Source: Candidatus Omnitrophota bacterium (GTDB taxonomy: Bacteria > Omnitrophota > Omnitrophia > Omnitrophales > Aquincolibacteriaceae). Taken from it: DNA of 30,171 nt. A program made the translations under genes and the position numbers. The DNA lies in the NCBI GenBank assembly GCA_043803685.1, contig JAZDJU010000091.1, positions 1 through 30,171 of the forward strand, read 5' to 3'. Shown piece after piece: positions 1 to 8,616 of the stretch. Position 1 is the stretch's first letter, and every line of letters begins with the position of its first letter. The notes below the pieces were generated by a model, which saw only the letters and a program-made list of their open reading frames with translations, was not told where the DNA came from and did not search any database.

Positions 1-41
1 CCTGTAATGAGAATAACCTTATCCTTCAAAGAGGCTTCCAA
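1..41 (-). CDS. 5' end of a probable NAD(P)-binding Rossmann-fold protein (SDR/epimerase-dehydratase type), truncated by the window edge
   Basis: The minus strand from TTG at 41 reads (M)EASLKDKVILITG, the typical beta1 strand before a TGxxxGxG or TGGxG motif. A GGAG lies upstream. Only 13 full codons are visible. Confidence 0.5.
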   Translation of the reverse strand, partial: MEASLKDKVILIT

Positions 42-121
42 GGATTTATGTCTCTCCGTTATTTCTTTCGAGGATCAACGGTATGGCGCTAACCGTTCAC
101 ATCTTCACGGGTTATGCCGAG

Positions 122-1150
122 TCAGCAGCTCTTGCTGCATTCAGCCAAAGGTTTATCGCACGCATCCTGCTTCTCCGTGGAAAAACCGGAACGTCGAAGC
201 ATGTCGAGGTCTTCCCTCAGGGGGTTCCCCGCGGTGGTGAGATAGCCGCCAACGACAAACCCATTCACGCCTCCGCGGAGAGCTTTTTCCTGAAAATAAA
301 CGCCGAGGTTCATTTCCCGTCCGCCGGCGAGTTTGATATTGGCCTTCGGATGGATAAATCGGTAGATAGCGATGGTTTTGATGACCTCCCGAGGCGAGAC
401 AGCTTCTTGTTTTTCAAGGGGTGTCCCGGGCCTCGGATTCAGAACGTTTATCGGCAAACAATGAAGGTCGTAAGGTTTGAGTTCGAACGCAAGACGGATC
501 CTGTCCTCTCCGGTCTCTCCCATTCCAAAAATACCGCCCGAGCATACTTCCACTCCGTTTTTCCCGAGAACCTTGAGCGTCTCCATTCGTTCATCATAAG
601 TATGCGTGGAAACGATCCTAGGATAGAACTCTCGCGAACATTGGAGGTTGTGGTTGAATCGCCTCATCCCAGCTTCCCGAAGCTTCCGGATCTGCCCGGC
701 CGTCAGATTCCCAAGCGATCCGTCAAGGCGAAGCTGTGTTTTCTCGCTTAACAAACGAAACGTCTCAAGCGTTTGTTCAAACTCAGCATCATTTAAAGTT
801 TCCCCGCTTGTCACTACGCAAAAGCTCGCAATGCCGGCGGCTTCACATTTCTGAGCTTCTTTCAGAACTGCCTCTGGGCTCATAAGCGGATAGCGCTTCA
901 CGTCCGTTTTGTAATGGGCGGATTGAGAGCAAAAGCCGCAGTCTTCGGAACAGAGATAGCTTTTGGCGTTCACAAGCGAACAGAGGTCCGGCTGGGAAGA
1001 TCTAAACTTCAGCGTGATCTCGTGAGCGGCCTGTAAAAGAAGATCGATTGCGGCGGCGTCTTCCAGGGAATTAAGGCGAAGGGCTTCGTCCTGAGTGATT
1101 TCCCCACCCGCAAGGACTCGGGACTTGAGCTCCTGAATAAAGGCTTTCAT
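122..1150 (-). CDS. bioB: Biotin synthase-family radical SAM protein
   Basis: 342 aa. Motifs: CSEDCGFC radical SAM motif followed by SQSAHY, FNHNL, THTYDER, VCSGGIFGMGE, PINVLNPRPGTP, AGGRE, YLTT. Several auxiliary-cluster positions are atypical (see findings). Confidence 0.87.
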   Translation of the reverse strand: MKAFIQELKSRVLAGGEITQDEALRLNSLEDAAAIDLLLQAAHEITLKFRSSQPDLCSLVNAKSYLCSEDCGFCSQSAHYKTDVKRYPLMSPEAVLKEAQKCEAAGIASFCVVTSGETLNDAEFEQTLETFRLLSEKTQLRLDGSLGNLTAGQIRKLREAGMRRFNHNLQCSREFYPRIVSTHTYDERMETLKVLGKNGVEVCSGGIFGMGETGEDRIRLAFELKPYDLHCLPINVLNPRPGTPLEKQEAVSPREVIKTIAIYRFIHPKANIKLAGGREMNLGVYFQEKALRGGVNGFVVGGYLTTAGNPLREDLDMLRRSGFSTEKQDACDKPLAECSKSC

Positions 1151-1174
1151 TCCAAAACCAGAAATTAAGAACGC

Positions 1175-2392
1175 CTAGGCCTGGGCGAAAACTTCGCGGG
1201 CCACAATGCCGACCACGCCAAGCGCCACGGCATTTTCGCCGAAAGCGGACGGAATGATCTTGACCTGCGTCGCGGCCTCTTCCACGGACCATTCCTTGAC
1301 CGTGTTCTTGATCGCATCGAGAAGGACCGCGCCACAATCCTCGATCCCGCCGCCGATCACAACAACTTCGGGATTGAGAAGATTCACGATGAACGCTATC
1401 TTTTTGCCGAGATCCTGCCCCGCCTGTTCCGCCACCTTGATCGCGAGCGCGTCTTTTTCCCGAACAGCTTTGACGATCTCTTTAAAGGTTATCTTCGAAA
1501 GATCTCCTTTGACAAGGTCTTTCAAAGAGGACGGCTCTCCTTTTTCGATCCTTTCGCGGGCATGACGGACCATGCCAATATCCATCTCCCACCGGCCCAG
1601 CTGGGTCGCGATCTTGAAGGAATAATCTTTGCTCGCATGCGCGCTCGTGATCCCAAGCTCGCCCGCGGCGCCGTTCGCCCCGCGATAGATCTCTTCATTG
1701 ACGAGAATGCCGCAGCCAACGCCCGAGAACATATAAACCATGTTCCTTACGTCGCGATCCAGCCCGAGCCATTTTTCTCCGAGCACCGCCGCGTTCGCAT
1801 CGTTCTCGACGATCGTAGGGATGTTGAGCCTTTTTTCGAAAGTGTCCTTGATCGAAGAGCAAACAGAAACGTCCTTATCGCCAAGGCTCTGCGGCCAGCG
1901 AATGGTCCGTCCCCGTTCATCGATGATCCCGGGAATGCCGACGCCCACGCCCACGATCTTGGTCTTGTCGACCTCGGCTTTTTCGATGATCTCCGCCGCG
2001 AGGTCCACCATCTGGAGAATGATCTTTTCGGAGTTCTCCGGGGCTCTTTCACGTTTGATCTCACTAATCACGTTGATCTCAAGGTCCACGAGTACGGCCA
2101 CCATGCTCATCATATTAAGCCCAACGCCCACGATATAGCCCGCCTTGGGATTAAGCTCCACAAGGACAGGTTTACGCCCCCCCGTCGACTCGTCCAGCTC
2201 TCCCTCGATCACAAGGCCTTTCTTGATGTAATGACCGACATAGTTGGAGACCGTGACGATGTTAAGTTCGGTGAGCTTGGAAATGTCCGTCCTTGAGATC
2301 GGCCCGTTCTTGCGGATCACTTCGAGAATGCCGAGATTTTTTCTCTCTTTGTCGGTCAGCGTTCGATCTTTGAGCATCTGTTTAATGACCAT
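1175..2392 (-). CDS. ROK family transcriptional regulator (NagC/XylR/Mlc-like)
   Basis: N-terminal winged HTH (GPISRTDISKLTELNIVTVS...STGGRKP) followed by a ROK domain (GVGIPG, VENDANAAVLGE, GANGAAGELG, LLNPEVVVIGG). Start set at ATG 2392, after an AAGGAG RBS. Confidence 0.92.
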   Translation of the reverse strand: MVIKQMLKDRTLTDKERKNLGILEVIRKNGPISRTDISKLTELNIVTVSNYVGHYIKKGLVIEGELDESTGGRKPVLVELNPKAGYIVGVGLNMMSMVAVLVDLEINVISEIKRERAPENSEKIILQMVDLAAEIIEKAEVDKTKIVGVGVGIPGIIDERGRTIRWPQSLGDKDVSVCSSIKDTFEKRLNIPTIVENDANAAVLGEKWLGLDRDVRNMVYMFSGVGCGILVNEEIYRGANGAAGELGITSAHASKDYSFKIATQLGRWEMDIGMVRHARERIEKGEPSSLKDLVKGDLSKITFKEIVKAVREKDALAIKVAEQAGQDLGKKIAFIVNLLNPEVVVIGGGIEDCGAVLLDAIKNTVKEWSVEEAATQVKIIPSAFGENAVALGVVGIVAREVFAQA

Positions 2393-2472
2393 GGGGTGGG
2401 AGCTCCTTTTCAAAAACAGCTTTTTTCATAACTTGTTCTACAACTGCTATATAAGTGCCACATGCGGCACTC

Positions 2473-2500
2473 ATTTTAACTCCACGATATGCTTTTTCAA
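2473..2500 (-). promoter_or_regulatory. Putative sigma70 promoter for the ROK gene (and bioB)
   Basis: The minus strand has TTGAAA-16 nt-TAAAAT in the intergenic gap, about 80 nt upstream of the ATG. Confidence 0.5.
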
Positions 2501-2523
2501 AGCATTAATTGAGCAAATCTCCG

Positions 2524-2546
2524 CGGCCAGATCGCCCTTCTGGCCG
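2524..2546 (-). terminator. GC-rich hairpin just after the glucanase-clan gene (possible terminator or mRNA-end stabiliser)
   Basis: CGGCCAGA-TCGCCCT-TCTGGCCG is a perfect 8-bp stem 17 nt past the stop codon. There is no clear U-tract. Confidence 0.3.
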
Positions 2547-2563
2547 GAAAGGCCACTAAAACG

Positions 2564-4714
2564 TTATTCTTTGAAAAAATCTTCCTGCCCCAGGAATTCT
2601 TTGGCTTTTTGCCCCACCGGGTCCTTGTGGAAATACTTCTGAATCACGCCCTTTTTAAGATAGTTTGCGATCGGGATAAGGACCATACCCTGATCCAGGG
2701 CCAGATATTGCGTGTTCACTCTCTCGCTCGGAAAAGTGATCGAGTCGTAGAACCCGTATTCTCCATAAAGGTTGAACGTAAGCAGCTTCCGGATGTTCCT
2801 GATCGCGTCCTTAGGAAGCGAGTCTAGCGCCAGAAAACTGACGTGGGGAGTGATCACGCCGCGATCAGAATACCCTTTTGCGCCTAGCGCCTTGATCCCG
2901 AATTCCCCGTATTTCCATCGTCTTCCGTCAGCGGTCGCAGAGGGCGAGATCCCCCAAGCGGGATACTTTTTTTCTTTCAATGCGTAATCCCGATGAAGCT
3001 CGGTCACGATCCTGTTGTTCAATCCCAGCCCGCGGGGAGCGAGTTTTTGTTCGGAAAGCACCATCGTCGGCATGAGAAATTCGAAAAGCGACCCTCCCCA
3101 GCTAGGAACGAACTTCTGCTTTCCTTCCTTATAGTATCCCTGAAAATAACTGACCTTGTCGTGTTCGACCATTTTCCCGTGAGGCTTCTGAGTTTGCCAG
3201 TCCCAGGCTTCCGGCGCCGTGCGATAAAGGTACCACCAATGATCGGGAGGAATATCCCCCTTACCTATCGCGTAGAGACTCATGGCGCGCGCTTCGGTCA
3301 CGAGCATTCCGTAATCGTACGGGACGACGCTTTGGCGCTCCATATCATAGCCGATCGAGAGATGGTTGTTGCTGGGCTCCAGGAATTCCTGAAAGTGAAA
3401 CCGGTCCAGGATCGCGGTGGCCTCTTGCGCGATCTCCCCCGGAAAGGCTTGCCGGACAACAACGAGCGCGATCGCGAGCCATCCATTATCGATGCTCGAA
3501 ATAAATCTCCGGCTTATCCCAAGCTCTGTCGTTTCATAAAAATTATAGAAGAAGCCTTTCCACGCCTCAAGCTTGTTAAGGGTCTTCAAATATCTCTGGA
3601 TCCGTTTGGCCGCTTGTGCCTCGGAGATGATCCCGAGCTCTTTGGCGGCAACGGTCCCCATAAGGTCCATGCCGATATTGGTCGGCGAGGTGTAAGTCGC
3701 TGCGAGGGGAAAGTCTCCTGCCTTAAAATGGTCCGAGACGAGATGGTTTTTTTTGTCGATCGCGTTCTCGAAATATTTCCACGTGTCGCGGGCGATCTCC
3801 AAAAGCAAGGCCTCATCGTCCTTCATCGCCAAAAGCTCTTTGCGTCTTCGTTCCGCGGCAACCACGCGCGGGAAGCCAACGAAGTTATCCTCCACGCTTT
3901 CGAACCCGAGCTCTGGATAGCCCACAAAAGCGATCTCGTCCAACCCGATCTTCCCCGCAAGATTCTTGTCTTTGGCGAACGCGCTAAAGGAGAGATGCTT
4001 CAGCTGATCGAAGTCGATCCCCATAAAGACGTTCGCAGGCAAAACAACATCGTTCCACTCTTTGTTTTCAAGGCAAGCGTCTGTGATATCCCGTTCTACG
4101 GTCCGGTCCGCCCAGTCCGTCAAGGCAACGCGCAAACGCCCCTTGAACGGGACCGTCGCGTCCGTTCTGCACTTTAAGACAAGATAGAGCGCCGCGCTCA
4201 TGTCCAGTCTTTCGAGCGAAGTCCGGAAGGTGGCTTTTTCTTTTTTCTTGAGATTGATCCTCGCCCACAAGGACTCCCCTGTTTTTGCGGCGCGGGCATC
4301 GTCCTTTTTCAGCTCCAGTCGGACCCTTTTCTCTTCCCCCGCGTCCACGGTCCAGGCTCCGCCCAGGCTGTTCTTGAGTTCCCTCGTATTAAAATCGTCG
4401 ATGACCTTGAATTGCGTAGAGGTCCGAAGCGGCTTTCCGGTGGGAACGATCTTATAAACATTTCCGATGTCCAGCGGCGCCTCTGCGGTCACGGGACCGA
4501 TCTGCTGGACAAAGGTTTCCTTGGTTTTTTGTGGCTCATTTTTAGCTGAGCTAATTTCTGGGACGGCGCTTTTTCTGATCTTATTTTTTTGGGTTTTAGA
4601 GGCGGCCAAACTCGCCGGCGGAAGGGTTGCCAAAAAAAATACGGCCATAAAAAACAGAAAAGCATTCCCCGAGAACAAGCCTTTTCTCGAGGAATGCTTC
4701 TGCTGCGAGTTCAT
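2564..4714 (-). CDS. Exported beta-1,2-glucanase-clan glycoside hydrolase (DUF3131 + 'glucoamylase' domain; GH144/GH189-related) with an N-terminal carbohydrate-binding-like domain
   Basis: Hydrophobic signal segment (AFLFFMAVFFLATLPPASLAA) and a beta-sandwich-like domain (VIDDFN...NSLGGAW...IGLDEIAF). Then ARDTWKYF, YTSPTNIG, SSIDNGWL, TEAR, SWGGSLFEFLMP, WGISPS, GFYDS, LALDQGM. Start moved to ATG 4714, just after the GH94 stop. Confidence 0.8.
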   Translation of the reverse strand: MNSQQKHSSRKGLFSGNAFLFFMAVFFLATLPPASLAASKTQKNKIRKSAVPEISSAKNEPQKTKETFVQQIGPVTAEAPLDIGNVYKIVPTGKPLRTSTQFKVIDDFNTRELKNSLGGAWTVDAGEEKRVRLELKKDDARAAKTGESLWARINLKKKEKATFRTSLERLDMSAALYLVLKCRTDATVPFKGRLRVALTDWADRTVERDITDACLENKEWNDVVLPANVFMGIDFDQLKHLSFSAFAKDKNLAGKIGLDEIAFVGYPELGFESVEDNFVGFPRVVAAERRRKELLAMKDDEALLLEIARDTWKYFENAIDKKNHLVSDHFKAGDFPLAATYTSPTNIGMDLMGTVAAKELGIISEAQAAKRIQRYLKTLNKLEAWKGFFYNFYETTELGISRRFISSIDNGWLAIALVVVRQAFPGEIAQEATAILDRFHFQEFLEPSNNHLSIGYDMERQSVVPYDYGMLVTEARAMSLYAIGKGDIPPDHWWYLYRTAPEAWDWQTQKPHGKMVEHDKVSYFQGYYKEGKQKFVPSWGGSLFEFLMPTMVLSEQKLAPRGLGLNNRIVTELHRDYALKEKKYPAWGISPSATADGRRWKYGEFGIKALGAKGYSDRGVITPHVSFLALDSLPKDAIRNIRKLLTFNLYGEYGFYDSITFPSERVNTQYLALDQGMVLIPIANYLKKGVIQKYFHKDPVGQKAKEFLGQEDFFKE

Positions 4715-4722
4715 TTTTCCGT

Positions 4723-7179
4723 TTATCCGAGAACGACTTCGACCCGGTGGGTTCTTCCGTCCCGGAGATCCGGAATGAGATTTTCTTTCTGCTTTTTTCC
4801 GTCCACGACGACGGACTGCACGCCTTGTCCCGTTTGACCGGGATTTTTTACTTCGATCAGGTAAGTACTGCCGCGGAAAAGCCGCTTCATCTTGAATCCC
4901 GGCCACTTCTTTGGGATCACAGGGTCCACGATCAGCCCCTTCGCGGTGGGACGAATCCCGAGGATCCAATTCATTGCCACCACTTCATACCATGCCGCAG
5001 AACCCGTGTACCAGGTCCACCCTCCGCGGCCGTTGTTGGGCGAGTCGGGTCCATCTACGTTCCCCGGAGTCACATAGGGTTCGCTGTAGTAGATATCCGG
5101 CTCTAAGCCTCGGATCGCAGGGTTGAAGCTCTTGTAGACCTGGTGGGCCTGTTCTCCATCGCGCATCATCGCTTCTGCCTGTACGGCCCAGGTGCCGGCA
5201 TGCGTGTAAAGCCCGCCATTCTCGCGAACGGATGGCGCGTAACGCGTGATATAGCCGATCGTTGCGTCGGTCACGTTGTAGCCAGGCGTCAAAAGAAGCG
5301 GCCCGTATTTTTTGTAAAGCCATTTCGCTGTCGAGTCCATCGCCACGCGCGCTCGTTTCGCGTCGGCCACGCCGTTTATGACAGCCCAGGTCTGACAGTT
5401 CAGAAAGATCTTTCCTGTCTCGCATTTTTTACTGCCGAGCGGTCTCCCGTCATCGCGGGTAGCGCCCAGGTACCATTCTCCATCCCATCCGTCGGTGTTA
5501 AGCGCTTTTTTCATCGCTTCCGCGCGGCGAAGATATTCGGCGGCTTTTTCCTTGCCCCCTCGCTTTTCCATGATCGGCGCGATGCGATTCAGAATGCCGT
5601 AGAGAAAATGCCCGAGCCAGATCGACTCGCCTTTCCACTTGGTCCCGACGTGACTCAGCCCATCGTTCCAATCGCACTCCCCGATCAGAGGAAGACCGCG
5701 AGGCGAGAACCGTGTAAGAGCCTTGTCGATCGCGCGAAGCAAATGGTCGTAAAGCGTCCCCGAAGTCACTTCTTTTGTCTTCGGATCAGGAAGGAATTTC
5801 ACGACCGTGTCCAGGATCGCGTCGTCGGCGGTTTCATCCAGATAATTCAAGGTGATGAAATCCAGCCACAACAGGTCGTCCGAACAATGCGTGATGGCGC
5901 CAATGTTCGTTCCGTGGTGCCACCAATGATAGACAGTTCCGTCCGGAAACTGCTGCTCCGCATGGAGAAGGATCTGTTTTTTCGCAAGCTCGGGCCTCGT
6001 CGCAAAAAAGATCTGGCAATCCTGTAACTGGTCCCGGAAGCCATACCCCCCGCTGGATTGATAGTAGGCGCACTTGGCCCAAATGCGCGCCGAGATCGCC
6101 TGATATTTCATCCAGGTATTTGTCATGAAGTTGAGTGCCTCGTCCGGCGTCTCGACCTCGGATGCGTGGATGAACGAGTCCCAAAGAGCTTTGACCTTGT
6201 GGAGCTCTTGTTCCGACGCCTTGGGGCTCGCATATTTCTGGATGATCCGTTCGGCTTCTTCGCGGGTACGCGTGGAGCCTAATGTGAAGATGACCGTTTT
6301 GGACTCTTTCGGCCCGAGATCGACGTCGACCTGCAGGCTCGCTGATGCGTCTCCCCACTTGCCTTCCGAACCGCGGCATTTCCCTTCCACCACCGCCGCC
6401 GGCGCATGGATCTCTCCGTAGCGCCCGAGAAAAGATTCTTTGTCGCCGTCATAGGCCACGGGCTTCGGATAAGACGCGTGAAACCCTTGGAGCGGCTTCT
6501 CGGTCATGCCCGTCGAAATAAATCCCGGCACAAGCGGCGCGCGCTTGACCCCATGAATACAGCCGTACTTTTTGTCGATCCAGGTTTCAATGAATGTCTT
6601 GTGGAATTCGCGGTGCGTATCCGACCAGTTCCCGAGACACCAGTCAAAATAAGTGAAAAGGCTCAGGCGGCGTTTTTTTCCAGACTCATTCGTGAGAACG
6701 ACTTTCCAAACCTCGACCGGATCTTCCACATCCACAAAGATCGTTTTTTCAAGGCGGATCCCGTTTATCTTGCTGGTCAGAACCGAGTACCCCTGTCCAT
6801 GACGCACTTCGAAGAAATCATATTTCGGCATGCACGGCTTCCAGGTTCCGGACCAATAGTCCCCATTGTCTCGGTCGCGAACATAGAGATATTTTCCCCA
6901 ATTATCGCGAATGAGATCCTGGTCCCAACGCGTGACGCGCGACAGATTCGAGTTGTCCCGCCACGAGAATCCGGAACCGGTCTGCGTTTCGATGACGCCG
7001 TAATCCCCGTTGGAGATCACGTTAACCCACGGTCGCGGCGTGTCAGGACGCGTGATCACGAATTCGCGCCCGTCCGGTGTGAAATATCCATATTTTGAAG
7101 CGAATTTTTTCTCGCCCCCCGTTTCCTTCAAAAGCATTTTCGCTTCCGCTTTTTTTCTCTCTTTCGATTTTCTGGGCAT
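4723..7179 (-). CDS. GH94 glycoside phosphorylase
   Basis: 818 aa. Motifs: TPRPWVNVI, EVRHGQGYS, YYQSSGGYGFRDQLQD, SDDLLWL, DWNDGL, GESIWLG, RENGGLYTH, GWTWYTGSAAW. AAGGAG RBS and no signal peptide. Confidence 0.93.
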   Translation of the reverse strand: MPRKSKERKKAEAKMLLKETGGEKKFASKYGYFTPDGREFVITRPDTPRPWVNVISNGDYGVIETQTGSGFSWRDNSNLSRVTRWDQDLIRDNWGKYLYVRDRDNGDYWSGTWKPCMPKYDFFEVRHGQGYSVLTSKINGIRLEKTIFVDVEDPVEVWKVVLTNESGKKRRLSLFTYFDWCLGNWSDTHREFHKTFIETWIDKKYGCIHGVKRAPLVPGFISTGMTEKPLQGFHASYPKPVAYDGDKESFLGRYGEIHAPAAVVEGKCRGSEGKWGDASASLQVDVDLGPKESKTVIFTLGSTRTREEAERIIQKYASPKASEQELHKVKALWDSFIHASEVETPDEALNFMTNTWMKYQAISARIWAKCAYYQSSGGYGFRDQLQDCQIFFATRPELAKKQILLHAEQQFPDGTVYHWWHHGTNIGAITHCSDDLLWLDFITLNYLDETADDAILDTVVKFLPDPKTKEVTSGTLYDHLLRAIDKALTRFSPRGLPLIGECDWNDGLSHVGTKWKGESIWLGHFLYGILNRIAPIMEKRGGKEKAAEYLRRAEAMKKALNTDGWDGEWYLGATRDDGRPLGSKKCETGKIFLNCQTWAVINGVADAKRARVAMDSTAKWLYKKYGPLLLTPGYNVTDATIGYITRYAPSVRENGGLYTHAGTWAVQAEAMMRDGEQAHQVYKSFNPAIRGLEPDIYYSEPYVTPGNVDGPDSPNNGRGGWTWYTGSAAWYEVVAMNWILGIRPTAKGLIVDPVIPKKWPGFKMKRLFRGSTYLIEVKNPGQTGQGVQSVVVDGKKQKENLIPDLRDGRTHRVEVVLG

Positions 7180-7223
7180 GATTATAAAAACTCCTTGGAT
7201 TTTTGTTTTGAAAATGGACCGGT

Positions 7224-8520
7224 TTATTCGGCTTGTTGGAGTTGGGCGTTCACTTCGGGGGCCAGCTCTTTGGCGGCCTCCGCGGCAGTTTTCTTTCCGT
7301 TAAAAACAAGGTCCAACTTGGGGCGAATGTATTTTTCTTCGATTTCGCGCCATTTCGGATGAAAGGGGCTGAAAACCGCGTACTGCACCGCCTCGTTCAA
7401 CATTTTCTTGTTCTTGGGAATGGAATCGCTTCCGGCAAACGCGGCACTGTTCGCGACTGAGATGCGCGCCGGTTGGGCAAGCCCCTTCTCGGCAAATCTC
7501 TTCTGCCCTTCGGGTCCGGTCAGGGCCTTCACCACTTCCCATGCTGCCTTTTTGTGTTTCGAGGATTTCAGGATCGAATATCCCGTTCCGCCGGTACCGA
7601 AAGCGCGAACGCCTTTGTCATTCTTCGGGAACATGACCACATCCCACTCGAAGTTGTAATTCCGGAATTGCGGAGTTTCCCAGATCCCGGAAAGGAACAT
7701 CGCAATGCGTCCGCTAGCGAACATCCTGTCCACGCCCATGCCGAAATTCGTGAATGCGGTGGGTGTCGGCATGGTTTCATAAAGATTGCTTAGGTCCGCG
7801 TAAAACTGAAGTCCCATAATAGAGCTGTCGCTGTCTAGCAGCGTCTTGGTCGGATGTTTCACATTATCCACGAGACCGCCGCCGTTCCCGTAAATGAAAT
7901 TTTGCCAGGCCCAGGTATAAAATCCGTACTGGGAGATCCGCCCCGTGCTGTCTTTTTTGGTAAGTTCGCGAGCGAGGCGTAGCATGTCGCTCCAGTTCCA
8001 GTCGTCGGTGGGATACGGGATCTTCGCTTCGTCAAAAACCTTCTTGTTATAGAACACGCAAGCGAAAGGCGCGATATCCCGAGGCGCCGCGAGGAGTTTC
8101 CCGTTGTAAGTAAACCGGTCGATGATCTGAGGGAAAAAATCTTTTCTGTCGAAACCTATCGGGTCGGTGGCTTCGTACGGCGTCAAATCCTCCAGAACCC
8201 CTTTGGTCGCAAATGTCACGAAATAGTCAACCTCGGTCGCAATAATGTCTGGGGCTGCGCCTCCCGCGATCCGAGTGAGAACTTTGCTGATATAGCCTGT
8301 GTAAGGGGTGTGCTCGAAAACGATCTTAATTTCGGGGTGTTTTGCCTGCCAAGGAGCGAGAGCCTCGGTGATAATGCTAATCTCCTCGGGCGTTCCCCAA
8401 AAGCTCACCTTCACTTCCGTGGCTCCGCGAGACCCCGGTTCGACCGGAGAACCGCATCCCGTCAAAACAAAGATTGTTAAAAGAGTGGGAAAAACCCTTC
8501 AACCAAAACTTTTTCGGCAT
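7224..8520 (-). CDS. Sugar ABC transporter substrate-binding lipoprotein; the signal peptide is interrupted by a 1-nt frameshift
   Basis: The 7224..8465 ORF has a family-1 SBP pattern (IAGGAAPDI, FYNKKVFDEAKIPYPTDDWNW, FASGRIAM). The LTGC lipobox is in frame, but the ATG at 8520 (after AAAGGG) is offset by 1 nt and an in-frame TGA lies at 8501-8499. Confidence 0.88.
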
Positions 8521-8616
8521 GCGGAAGTCCCTTTGTTAGAAAGGTCTCTATCGGTTTTGAGAGGAATTGCTTTTTCTGATGCTACGCTACTATGGCAAAA
8601 ACGACAAAGCGGCGAA

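Noticed and set aside
4715..4969. 85-aa N-terminal extension of the 801-aa ORF
   Set aside because: It overlaps the 3' end of the GH94 gene in another frame. The ATG at 4714 gives a normal signal peptide.
8499..8501. In-frame TGA upstream of the SBP as selenocysteine or recoded stop
   Set aside because: There is no in-frame start codon between the promoter and the TGA, and TGA ends other genes here (bioB, rnpA, parB). A 1-nt frameshift explains the sequence better.
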